Shown here: positions 52,825 to 64,000 of the stretch, one piece after another
How positions within the stretch are numbered: the stretch's first letter is position 1
How the letters are laid out: every line of letters starts with the position of its first letter
NCBI RefSeq assembly: GCF_006345805.1
Contig: NC_043001.1
Location: 98,456,001-98,520,000 of the forward strand
Length of the DNA: 64,000 bases
Reading direction: 5' to 3'
DNA from: Octopus sinensis
Lineage: Eukaryota
The notes under the pieces: generated by a model
Database searches by the model: none
What the model was told of the DNA's origin: nothing
What the model saw: the letters and a program-made list of their open reading frames with translations, nothing else
Translations under genes and position numbers: made by a program

Positions 52825-53131
52825 GAGGCGCAATGGCCCAGTGGTTAGGGCAGCAGACTCGCGGTCGTAGGATCGCGGTTTCGATTCCCAGACCGGGCGC
52901 TGTGTGTGTTTATTGAGCGAAAACACCTAAAGTTCCACGAGGCTCCGGCAGGGGTTGGTGGCAGTCCCTGCTGTACTCTTTCGCCACAACTTTCTCTCAC
53001 TCTTTCTTCTGTTGGCCTGCTCGCTTAGCCAGCGAGGTGGCGTCATTTGAAGGCTAAAAAAAAACAATGCAAAGCGCATTGTGACCAGCGATGTGTAGCA
53101 ACATCTGATAGTCTGGTCGGTCACGGTCACG

Positions 53132-53137
<6 letters not shown>
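52825..53137 (+). mobile_element. SINE D variant, near full length
   Basis: tRNA-like head GGCGCAATGGCCCAGTGGTTAGGGCAGCAGACTCGCGG. Confidence 0.85.
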
Positions 53138-53179
<42 letters not shown>

Positions 53180-53181
53180 CA

Positions 53182-53846
53182 TGAGGGTTGGCAGAAAAGT
53201 TCACAGGCTGACTATGAAGAAGTGATACTAGAGCCGTGAAATCTTGTATGCATTAATTTCAACCCTCCTTATTAATAACTGCAGGGTTTCTTTCCAGTTA
53301 GACTGACATCTGACTGTTCAAAGACGACTTCAAAAGTAACTAGTAGTGACACTTCTTGAAAATAGATAAAATTTGGCATCATGCTGTTATCAAATACCTG
53401 TAGAAAAGGGTTTAGCCCCCAATAACAATCATGCTAACATTTTTGCAATGTTAGGGAATGATGCTCCAGTTTTCTCAACAGTGCAAAAGTGAGCAGCTGA
53501 ATTTAGAAGGGTAAGTCTTGAAGATGACCCAATGTCTGGACATACTGCAATTGTCACCACCAAGGGAAACCTCGATCATGTACACCACATAGGGATAGAT
53601 GACAGACAATTGATTATAAGTCAAATAGTCATGAAAGAGCATATCCCATGAAAGAAGTGATGATATTATGCACAATGAACTTGGCATGAGGAAGGTTTCT
53701 GCTTGGTGGGTGCCATGTCTTCTGATGCCTGATCAAAAGCACACCAGGCTGATCACATCACAGGAAAATGTGACATTGTTTCAGACAGATCCAGCTGGTT
53801 TTCTTGAACATTTCCTAACCTAGGATGAGTGTTGGCTTCATCAGAG
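53182..53846 (+). mobile_element. 5' half of a second mariner family
   Basis: GAGGGTTGGC start. HAVIKYL...SLEDDP.SG...ELGMRKVSAWWVPCLL...FLT*DECW. Confidence 0.8.
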
Positions 53847-53902
53847 ATGATCCAGAGAATCACTGTAGGATAATAACACATACACACACAAAGATCACAC
53901 AG

Positions 53903-53943
<41 letters not shown>

Positions 53944-54143
53944 TGTATGGTATCCTACAGTGTCTGATAAAAAAAAAACCGTGACTGCCATGTCCAAACG
54001 CCTTGTTCATCGATCTTCTCGAAGAGAACCGTCCTAACGCTAAACAAAACTCACATAACTTTCCACGATATAACGCTTCGTTAAAAGAAATCAATAAGCT
54101 TAATTTGCAAATTGACTTTTAGTATGGGTGGCCACTACCTATC

Positions 54144-54437
54144 GGTACTACTAGCGAAGACTGGACCTGGTGCGCGCACACGCGCAGTTGCGCGTCCGCA
54201 CTAGCTAGTCGTAAGTAGTCGATCCTACAACGACTTGCGCGTATGCAAATGAGTTGATTTTAAAGAATAAAATTAAAAAATTTTTTAAAGAAAGTAAATA
54301 AATTATTTCTTAGAACAATGTGTATGATTTTTTTACACAAATAAAATAAAATGTGTGTGATATATTCTTTTAGTTTTCATATTCTTTAGTTTTTGGACAG
54401 CATTCATAGTAAGTACATCATTCAGGTATATATATAG

Positions 54438-54509
<72 letters not shown>

Positions 54510-54873
54510 ATGTGTGTGAGTAAGTATGTATGTATATGTATATATATGTGTGTGTATATATGTGTATATGTGTGTGTATATATGTGTGTGTATATGTGTG
54601 TGTATATGTGTGTGTATATACATGTGTGTGTGTATGTGAGTATATATGTGCGCACATGTGTCTGTATGTGTATGTAAAAAAATCATATACATTGTTCTAA
54701 GAAATAATTTATTTACTTTCTTTAAAAATTCTTTTATTTTATTCTGTAAAATCAACTCATTTGCCAATCAACTCATTTGCATACGCGCAAGTCGTTGTAG
54801 GATCGACTACTTACGACTAGCTAGTGCGGACGAGCGACTGCGCGCACCGGGTCCAGTCTTCGCTAGTAGTACC
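54144..54873. mobile_element. Non-autonomous TIR element, ~195-bp TIRs, termini GGTACTAC..GTAGTACC
   Basis: Arms 54144-54337 and 54673-54873 surround a microsatellite core. An extra right end lies at 54937-55029. Confidence 0.8.
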
Positions 54874-56378
54874 AATTTATTTACTCAGTTTAAAAAATTA
54901 TTTACTTTGATATGTATTCAGCCTTGAAATACAAACATACGCGCAAGTCGTTGTAGGATCGACTACTTACGACTAGCTAGCGCGGATGCGCGAGTGCGCG
55001 CACCGGGATCACTGTTCGCTAGTAGTACCATAATAAGATATCGACGAAGCCTTTACGTGATAAAATGACAACATAGTTTAATTCTCACTGACTATAATTT
55101 ATGCATACATGTACGATGTCTTTTCTTCTTCTTATCACTCTATACAAATGATTATTAAATATACAGGACATAGCTAATAATTTATTTTGACAATAGCACC
55201 AGAAACCACACCTGCGATGTTACCCCCTTACGATTGCAATCCAAATTCTCTGAAACAGCCTTGCAGAAGTAAGGGCTGGCCCAACACCTCCAACATTTTG
55301 AAATCCAGGTCTGAAATAAACTTAAAAGAGAGGGACCTCAAGCTACCGGCTGAAATATTTTATGACCGAGTAGATAACAATACTTGCCAGGTTTTATTTC
55401 CTCGCCATGTAACTTGTACACAACGAATATGAGTAATATGAAATAGAAATAACACGTATATATATAATTTTTTCGATGCTGAAAATAATACAAAATATAT
55501 TCATGGGAAACAAGATTAAAACTAGATATGAGATTTACTGTGAGGTCGGGCTGTTTGTTCTCAAATATAATTTTTTTCTTTGTTTATAAGTTCGTGAACA
55601 TGACCTTTACAAACATCCCTAGATATATAAGCTTAAAGGGGCCAAAACCAAACCTGAAAGAGTGCAGACAAAATGTAAGTGGGGATGGAACAAGGAAATT
55701 TAATCCGAAAGCCTGCAAAAAAGTACATTTAGCTGAAGTTATCCAAGTACTAGATTGTCTCATGTTAAACCGGGTACCGTATATTTTGCTAATTACCGAA
55801 TATTATTACATTAATACTCGAAGGTCACATACTTGCCCTTATTACGTGTTCCACTGAGTTCGGCCCCGATATTGTCACTATTTTTATTCATCGGAGAAGC
55901 TCTCAGAGGATGGAATAAAGAACTTAAATCCTTGTTTTGGCCTGTATTCTTCCAACGACATGGTAAATAAAATACATCAGCAGACGATCGATGAGGACTA
56001 TGATAAACCGTGTTTATACAAGAAATGTTATGATGATATAATTTAGATACAGTAACAGTATTTCGAAAATACTTTGGAGATCTTAAAGCGAATGTTAGAG
56101 CCATTGATGCAAATTAAATTTCTTTTTGTATACATATATTGTATTTAAATATAATTTCCTCACTATTTGTCATTGCTCTGTGTAGGCCATGTGCACCGCG
56201 TGTTTTCACAAGGGAGATGACTCTGGTGGACTTACACAAAAGAAAACTACTTCTATTGATAGTTGAATACTTTCAGACTTGCTTACAAGGCAGATAAATC
56301 TTGTGGTAATAGAGGGGTAGAGGGCGAGAAATTTGCGAATTTTTATTATATCCATATCTGTATTTTTGCGTTAAATTC

Positions 56379-57272
56379 AGATCTTTTCGCTTTGACCGGC
56401 AGATTTTTAAAAATAATTTCAAGTTAACTAAACACTTTTAAACTTCGTATACTGGTAGAATGTGTTTATAAAACATATTTTTCTCTTGGCTTTATTGAGA
56501 AAATTCTATAGTTTGTAAGATATTTGTTGTTGTTTTTTCTTCAATTTCTGCAATTTCAACCAATCAATGACGTCTATTGAGGTGAAAACATTCTGTGTCG
56601 TATGAATATGTCCCTCGTTTAAGAAACAGATTGGGTTTGTTTACATTTCTGAAGAAAAAAAGATACCCTTCCCCCACCCCTAACCCTAAAACAGATTGAA
56701 ATGCAATAGATCGATACTAGGGTCATAATTATGGGTGACAATTTCATATGACACCGCTAGAAAAACTGCCGTTCAAACCGAAAAGATCCCAGGGCATATT
56801 TTCGCTTTGACCGGCAGATTTTTAAAAATTTCTTTGCAACAAAACACTTTTAAACTTCGTATACTGCTAGAATGTGTTGAAAAAATATTTTTTTCTCTTA
56901 ATAATTATGGGTGGACACTAAAGAGGGAACGGTTTTGTTATCCAGCTCTGTTTACAAGTGACCCCTCGGTTTATGGCTACAGGGTATCCTTTTTCTCATA
57001 AATAACAATGACAAATTCATATGACACCGCAAATAACTATTGTTGATAAAAATTTGGAGAGATTGTATTCACCTCAATAAATGTCATTGATTGGTTGGAA
57101 TTGCCGAAATGCAAGAAATTAAACAACAAATAGCTTACAAACTACAGAATTTTCTCAAGAAAGCCAAGAGAAAAAGATGTTTTATGTAACACACTACTAG
57201 TATACAAAGTTTAAAAGTGTTTAGTTACAAAGAAATTATTTTAAAATTCTGTCGGTCAAAGTGAAAGGATCC
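56379..57272. mobile_element. Foldback/MITE-like element with AGATCTTTTCGCTTTGACCGGCAG termini
   Basis: Left arm from 56379, a second forward arm near 56797, reverse arm ~57090-57272. AATTC on both flanks. Confidence 0.7.
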
Positions 57273-57278
57273 AATTCA

Positions 57279-57857
57279 GGTACTACTTAAGAAGAGTGGT
57301 CCCGGTGCTTGCACTCGCGTAGTCACGCATCCACGCTAGCTAGTCGTGACTAGTCTATCCTACAACGACTACCTAGCAAAGTAAATATAACACAAAATAA
57401 ATATTTTTTTATACAAAGTAAATAATTTTTCAGATCTTTTCGCTTTGACCAGCAGATTTTTAAAATAATTTCTTTGTAACTAAACACTTTCAAACTTCGT
57501 ATACTGGTAGAATGTGTTTATAAAACATCTTTTTCTCTTGGCTTTATTGAGAAAATTCTTGAGAAAATGCAAGAAATTAAACAACAAATAGCTTACAAAC
57601 TACAGAATTTTCTCAAGAAAGCCAAGAGAAAAAGATGTTTTATTAACACATTCTACCAGTATACAAAGTTTGAATGTGTTTAGTTACAAAGAAATTATTT
57701 TTAAAATCTGCCGGTCAAAGCGTAAAGATCTAATTTTTCTAAACAAAGTAAATAAAATACAAAAACACCAAGTAAGGATCGACTAGTCACGACTAGCTAG
57801 CGCGGTTGCGCGACTACGCAAGTGCATGCACCGGGACCACTCTTCTTAAGTAGTACC
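57279..57857. mobile_element. TIR element related to 54144-54873 (possibly Kolobok-like)
   Basis: GGTACTACTTAAGAAGAGTGGTCCCGGTGC and its reverse complement. Flanks TTCA / TTAA. Confidence 0.75.
57432..57731. mobile_element. Nested 300-bp foldback MITE with 8-bp TSD
   Basis: AGATCT...AGATCT termini, with AATTTTTC at 57424-57431 and 57732-57739. Confidence 0.8.
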
Positions 57858-58119
57858 TTAAATTCATTTGTTGCCAACAACTGAAATCAACCATATGGAT
57901 ATAGCTGAGATGTATTTGAAACCCTTGAGATTAAGAAGTTTTGGTTCCTAACCACTTGCTCTCAGATTCAATCTCAGTGTGTGGTAACCTGGGCAACTTC
58001 ATCAGCTATAGCTCCGAGCAGGACAAAGCTTTGTGTGTGGATATGGTAGACAGAAAATAAAAGAATCCAGTTGATTGTGTGTAAATACATACATACGTAC
58101 ATACATACATGGTGGCTGC

Positions 58120-58660
58120 CCCCTCGTTATCGAGTATGGCCATTGCACGAAACTTAATCAATGTTGTTATCGTGCAATGCCTGTGCAAGAAGATTTGTTT
58201 TTAAGTGGGGAAAGGCTGTTCAGTGAGTCAATCCCACTCACAAAGCAACAGCAGCCATAATCCAAAAAGAAGAACAAGTCAACATCATCGGTAACCACTG
58301 AGCCGCAGGTTTTATATTGGAGTTATCCCAGTTACCTGAGTTACCTTCTCCTAGAAGGATGCCCTAACAAAGGCTAGGAGTCCTTCACTCCCAATGGTTT
58401 AACTGCACAATCGGGTATTCAGTCCGATTATTTCAATGTCCCCGCGCATGATCCAGCCTTAAGACATTTATTGGATGGCCGTTGACTCTCAAGAGTTCCT
58501 CCGCTCTTTGACGGGTTTTGTTTTTCATCCCGCAGGGTGTCCAATAAACACCCTCCTCACCAAGCAAGCTTGGTGGGGTTGCCGGTTTAGTCACCGACGA
58601 CCCGACCATGCAACAGGTTGTACTGGGTTACATGTTACCAGTAGCACTCAAAAGTGATCT
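58120..58660 (-). mobile_element. Probable RTE LINE 5' UTR fragment
   Basis: The minus-strand GGCATCCTTCTAGGAGAAGGTAACTC resembles recalled RTE 5' leaders. No ORF. Confidence 0.35.
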
Positions 58661-59009
58661 GACACTAACATACATACATACATACATACAGACAGACAGA
58701 TAGTCAGACAGACAGACGTGTGTGCATGTACCTCTGTCTTGACAGCATTTGACGGTTATAAACGAACATTATCATCATACAAGCGATGTTGCTCAGTTAC
58801 AATCTTTCATGTAAAACATGTCTGATCATAGGGAAATATTACCTTCCTCGGACACAGGTGAGGGTCAGTGACAGGAAGAGCATCTGGTCGTAGAAGGATC
58901 ATACATACATACATGCATACATATATACATACATGCATACATACATGCATACATATATGCATACATGCATGCATGCATACATACATACACACATGCATAC
59001 GTACATAAA

Positions 59010-59238
59010 GCGGTGAGCTGGCAGAAACGTTAGCACGCTGGGCGAAATGCTCAGCAGTATTTCGTCTGCCGCTACGTTCTGAGTTCAAATTCCGCCGAGG
59101 TCATCTTTGCCTTTCATCATTTCGGGGTCGATAAATCAAGTACCAGTTACATACTGGGGTCGATGTAATCAACTTAATCCCTTTATCTGTCCTTGTTTGT
59201 CTCATCTATGTTTAGCCCCTTGTGGGCAATAAAGAAAT
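59010..59238 (+). mobile_element. Full-length SINE A within (ATAC)n
   Basis: Near consensus. Confidence 0.88.
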
Positions 59239-59367
59239 AAATGCATGCATACATACATACATGCATACATACATGCATACATACATGCATACATAAATAC
59301 ATACATACATACATACATACATACATACATACATACATACATACATACATACATACATTTGTATATA

Positions 59368-60647
59368 TCAGTTTGAGTAAAAAGTAAGCAGCATTTTGAA
59401 CCCTTGAAGAATTTTTACTGGATTTTTGCAGAGTTTTTAATTTACTTTAAACATTTTTTTGCAATTGTCTAATAACACAGACATAGACTTGCCCAAATGC
59501 ATCAATAAATTAACATTGATATTTTTCTCATTGTGGTTACAATAATGTGAACTGGAACTGTGAAAGCAAGATATTTGAGGAATTTTGGTATTTAACTTCA
59601 AAAAAAGGATGTAAAGCAGCTAAAAATGCTCGTAATATCAACAAAACATTTGGTGAGGAAATGACCTGTGAGTGGTCAGCTTGAAAATGGTTTAAATGAT
59701 TTTGTAGTGGAGATCTGAGTTTCGAAGGCAGTGAGCATAGTGGACCCACATCTGTCATTGATGATGGTCAGTTAAAGACTGTTATTGAGAAAGATCCACG
59801 TAAAACCATTCGAGAACTGGCAAAAGAACTTCAAGTTAGCCAGAAAACTGCCAGCAACTATTTGCATGTGATCAGAATATCAAAAAAGCTCGACAAATGG
59901 GTACCACACAATTTGAATGAAAGTCAGAAAATGCGCAGATATGAAATTTGCTTCTTGCTTCTTCTCCATAACCAGACCAATCCATTTCTTGACCATATTG
60001 TAACTTGCGATGAAAAGTGGATTCTGTACAATAATAAAAAACATTCTTTACAGTGGTCGGACTAAAATGAAGCACCAAAAACTTTTCCTTGACCCGAGAT
60101 CTTCAAACCAAAAGGTTATGGTGACTTTGGTGGTATACTGCTGGACTCATCCACTATAACTTCTTAAAATCTGTAAAAACCATTACTGCAGAAATGTATT
60201 GCCATGAAATTGCCAAAATAAATGAAAAACTTCTCCTCCTCCATCCCAGACTGGTCAACAGTTGAGGGCCAATCATTCTTCATGACAATGCTCAACCACA
60301 CCTTTCACTAGTGACACTCTAGAAGTTGAGTGAACTTGTCTATGAAGTTCTTCCCCACCCAGTTTATTCCCCAAACCTTTCTCCTACCGACTAACACTTT
60401 TTCAGGCATTTTGATGGTTTCCTGTGAGAGGAGTTAAAAAATCAAACTGATGCTGAAAGTGCATTCAAAGAGTTCATCATTTCCAGAACTCCAGATTTTT
60501 ATGTTACCAGAATAAAAAAACTTGTAACTCATTGGCAAAAATGCATTGATTGTAATGGTACTTTGATGAATAAAATTTCTGCATTGGTGAAATATATTGT
60601 GATGAATTTCCTATTTCACAATGTTGCTTCCTTTTTATTCAACCTGA
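59368..60647 (+). mobile_element. Full-length (1280 bp) decayed mariner (DD34D) transposon
   Basis: Imperfect TIRs TCAGTTTGAGTAAAAAGTAAGCAGCATTTT / CAATGTTGCTTCCTTTTTATTCAACCTGA, with a 5' TA. Motifs WVPHNL, IVTCDEKWILY, ILHDNAQPH and HPVYSPNLSPTD, with stops and frameshifts. Confidence 0.92.
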
Positions 60648-60719
60648 TTTATGTGGTATACATAACTGAGATAGTACTTAGTTAAAATAAACATCGATGC
60701 ATCATACTTAATGTATACA

Positions 60720-60877
60720 GGCATGGCTGTCTGGTAAGAAGCTTATTTCCTGAATACATGGTTCCAGATTCAGTCCCACTGCATGGCACCTTGGGCAAGT
60801 ATCTTCTACTACAGCCTCAGGCTGACCAAAGCCTTGTGAGTGGATTTGGTAGACAGAAACTGAAAGAAGTTCATCGT
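60720..60877 (+). mobile_element. SINE B head
   Basis: GTGGCACCTTGGGCAAGT-like core. Confidence 0.8.
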
Positions 60878-61412
60878 ATTTATATAAATATATTTGAATA
60901 AGAAGAAGGAGTATGAGTAGACATTTATTTGCAATCACTACAATTGTTTCTATGCAATGTAATTCTCCATGATTGCAGGTATTTGGTTATGTAACCTTTT
61001 CCCTGCATTATGAGATCTAGTGGTGTTTCTTCAGGTGATATATAAATATTGCCTCCGTAAATTCAAATTCTCAGCTCCAAGAACATCCTGTCTGTCATGG
61101 CCTGGAGTTAGTAGATACAGTATAAAGCTCATCCACCTTCAGATTTCACCCTTTGCTATCCAGTAGCAATATTATACCTACTTCCAGATTTATGTTTGTG
61201 CTTCTGTAGTATGCAAATAGATAATTGAGTAAGTTGGAGGCAACAAGAAAGAGTGTGATTGGACATTTTTTTTGCAATCACAATTGCCGGAGATTACCGA
61301 GATAGCCGGTGAGAGCTGGATATAACCGGAGTTCGCCGTAATATTTTCTAATAGGTACTTATTTAGAAAGGTTATTTATATAAGGTCTTTATAAATACTA
61401 AGATAAGGATTA

Positions 61413-61635
61413 TTAATAATCTTCTTGATTACTCTAAAGAATTTTTTAACCTTATACGGTATGATAACATTGTTTGAAATGATCTTTTTAAAAATTACTT
61501 GATTTTTCTTTTTCTCAAATAGCTACTATTTGAGAAAAAGAAAAATCAAGTAATTTTTAAAAAGATCATTTCAAACAATGTTATCATACCGTATAAGGTT
61601 AAAAAATTCTTTAGAGTAATCAAGAAGATTATTAA
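61413..61635. repeat. Perfect hairpin: 110-bp arms, 3-nt loop
   Basis: 61413-61522 is the exact reverse complement of 61526-61635. Confidence 0.97.
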
Positions 61636-61859
61636 GAATGAGAATTTTAACAAACAGGATACCACTTTTTTGAATATTTTAAGTATATACCAAATTCTTT
61701 TAACCACAATAGAGAGAAGTAAAAGAAAATTGCAAAGAAATAAATTAATATTTATATACTTATTACTTATCTAAAGTATTCACTTATGTGGAGATTTATC
61801 AAATGGATTTAACTAATATTTAATAAGGGCAACTGAGGTCAAAGAACATGACAACTATA

Positions 61860-62790
61860 TACTGATTTAATTAAAGTTGAAACTAATTTTAAGTTGTGGA
61901 GATACCAATATTAACTTATATAAGCTGAGTATGAATTAATAGGGGTACAAGGATTAGATTTATTTAAGGCTGCCATAAAAATAACAATAACAACAATAAT
62001 AAAATGATCAGTTAGGGTACAGTATCTTGGAAAAGGAATAAATAGACTAATCACTAAAAACCATAATAAAAAAGAAAATATTCATACCTTATTAACTCTA
62101 ATAGTAAGTTTATATAGAAAAGGTATAATAATTTATGAGCTAGAAAATTAGCTTATTAAGTTTACTATAATCGGGGCTGACACTCGGTATTAGTTGAAAA
62201 GATATTTTTTGTTAAAAGGACAAGTTAACCATATACTAATATTAAATTAAGAGGTATAATATAGATTACATAAGTTATTTGTGTTAATCTATAAATAAAT
62301 AATATTACAGTTTCTTAGGAGTACTTAATTGGAGGGGCTATTTAAAACCAATATAAATATCAAAATTAAGGGGATGGAGCACTATAAGAAAGGAATAAAA
62401 AATTTAATTACTAAAACTATTTTGAACAATATATCAAATTTTTGGATAAGGTTAAAATACAAGGCTATCATGGAGATTTACCATTTGGGTGAGAGAACAA
62501 ATATATTACAGTTTAGTTAAATCTTAATTTAGGCAGTTTAATTTTGGCATTTTAATTTTAAAATTTTGAAGATACCTATATTGTTTTTTATAAGCTAAGT
62601 ATGGCTTTATAGGGGTACAACAATTTAGGTTTATATAAAGGCAATTATAGAGTATTGAAATGATTAGGTAGTGTAGAAACATCATAGAAAAGGATGTGAA
62701 AATAGCTTAATCACTAAAATCATGATGAAATGTGTACACAACTTAGTAACTTTGATAGAGAAGATTTATGGAACAAATGCAATAATTTTA
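61860..62790 (+). repeat. Three diverged tandem units of ~300-370 bp, possibly a decayed coding repeat
   Basis: Anchor TAAT(C/T)ACTAAAA at ~62048, ~62405 and ~62708. ATAGGGGTACAA at ~61939 and ~62609. Confidence 0.6.
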
Positions 62791-63135
62791 GAAATTAAAA
62801 ATTCTTTATTTACTCAATTAGCTTGTGTCATTTTCACTAGTACCTAGTATTGACTAAAAATTAATGTTGCAGGGTATGCTATTTATGCATTGATTAGTAC
62901 CTTCAAATATTTTAGAAAGTAATATTTTATTGATCTTAAGTTATTAAATCTTATAATATACCTCTTAGTTAGATATATATATATCAATGCATAAATAGAA
63001 TACCCTGCAACATTAATTTTTAGTCAATACTAGTTACTAGTGAAAATGACACAAGTAAATAAAGAATTTTTCAATTTCTAGAATTATTGCATTTGTTCCA
63101 TAAATCTTCTCTATTGAAGTTACAAAGTTACTAAG
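62742..63135. repeat. Inverted repeat with ~153-bp arms and an 88-bp spacer
   Basis: 62742-62894 versus 62983-63135, with a few substitutions and two short indels. Confidence 0.92.
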
Positions 63136-63263
63136 CATAAAGAAGCTCACTTCGCAAACAACAGGTTTCGAGTTCACACCCTCTGCTTGGCATATTGAGC
63201 TAGTGTCTCTAACTATAGCCCCGTACTAAATGATACCTTATGAATGAATTCAGTGAACAGAAA

Positions 63264-63300
<37 letters not shown>

Positions 63301-63804
63301 TACATACATACATACACTTGCGTCAGAAATTAATTAGCACTTCTCAAATTTCTACATTAAATAGGTTAAATCAATTAACCTATGAGCTGTTCAAAACGTC
63401 TTACGCGATGAGAAAACTTAGTATGGTGTGATTTCGGTCCTTGCGAGGCGCTACCTATATTTATTAAACAAAGGAATTTGTCTGCATCCGCACTCCAAGT
63501 TGTTGTTGCACTGCTATGTCAACATCATAAGGCTGTAGACTCTCAAACTGCTCTGCAAACAAAGTTACGTCATCGTTCTGCACAACAGTGAACTCGCAAC
63601 AAAGCAATAGTTCGAGATATGGCCACTAGGTGACAGCACATACCTTGAGTGAAGAGCAAATCAAGGGTGCTAATTAATTTCTGACGGTAGTGTACATACA
63701 TACAAACAATGTGTCTTTTAATGGTTTCGTTTTCGTCTAACATGTCTAACTAAAGCAGGCAATTATAACATCAACAAGTAGTAGCAGTTACTGTTGTTGT
63801 TCCG

Positions 63805-63935
63805 CCGAGGTCGACTTTGCTTTTCATCCTTTCGGTGGTGGGGGTCGATAAATTAAGTACCAGTTGTGTCTTGGGGTCGATCTAATCGACTGGGCACCCT
63901 CCCCAAAAATTTCGGGCCCTGTGCCTAGAGTAGAA
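63805..63935 (+). mobile_element. 5'-truncated SINE A
   Basis: Central domain and tail present. Confidence 0.8.
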
Positions 63936-64000
63936 AAGTCGCTGTTGTTGCTATTGTTGTTGTTTTTGTTGTTGTTTTACTCGCGCTAGTATTACTGACA

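Noticed and set aside
52825-52900. tRNA-like sequence
   Set aside because: SINE head that continues into a SINE body and lacks a proper acceptor stem. The same applies to the other tRNA-like heads.
55187-56104. Short non-repetitive ORFs (81, 109 and 97 aa)
   Set aside because: No recognisable motif and weak splice signals. Not supportable without homology or expression data.
61640-62760. NUMT, Sel1-repeat or BACK-domain interpretations of the AT-rich block
   Set aside because: No conserved mitochondrial rRNA, tRNA or gene motif was found. The unit spacing does not fit 108-bp Sel1 repeats, and the matches are only a few residues.

Overview
This is repeat-saturated, AT-rich animal genomic DNA. 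The SINE repertoire suggests an octopus or other coleoid cephalopod, but that is inference from remembered families, not a search. I recognise no intact host protein-coding gene, tRNA gene or rRNA gene, and most track ORFs are microsatellite read-throughs. The window holds several tRNA-derived SINE families, 3' ends of RTE and RLE (R4/Dong-like) LINEs, decayed Penelope-like elements (PLEs), Tigger, mariner and Tc1 relics, hAT and foldback MITEs, long microsatellites and one 100-N gap. Most notable: (1) PLE-type minimal hammerhead ribozyme motifs, one inside a ~1.1 kb palindrome; (2) an isolated pre-miRNA-like hairpin at 32.85 kb; (3) a SINE-free AT-rich block at 61.4-63.1 kb with a perfect 110-bp-arm hairpin at one end, a ~153-bp-arm hairpin at the other, and three diverged coding-like repeat units between them; (4) a SINE dimer junction that recurs at the same nucleotide at three loci; (5) an (AAT)n tract with several retroelements stacked in it. 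Element boundaries were read by eye and are approximate unless a TSD or TIR is quoted.
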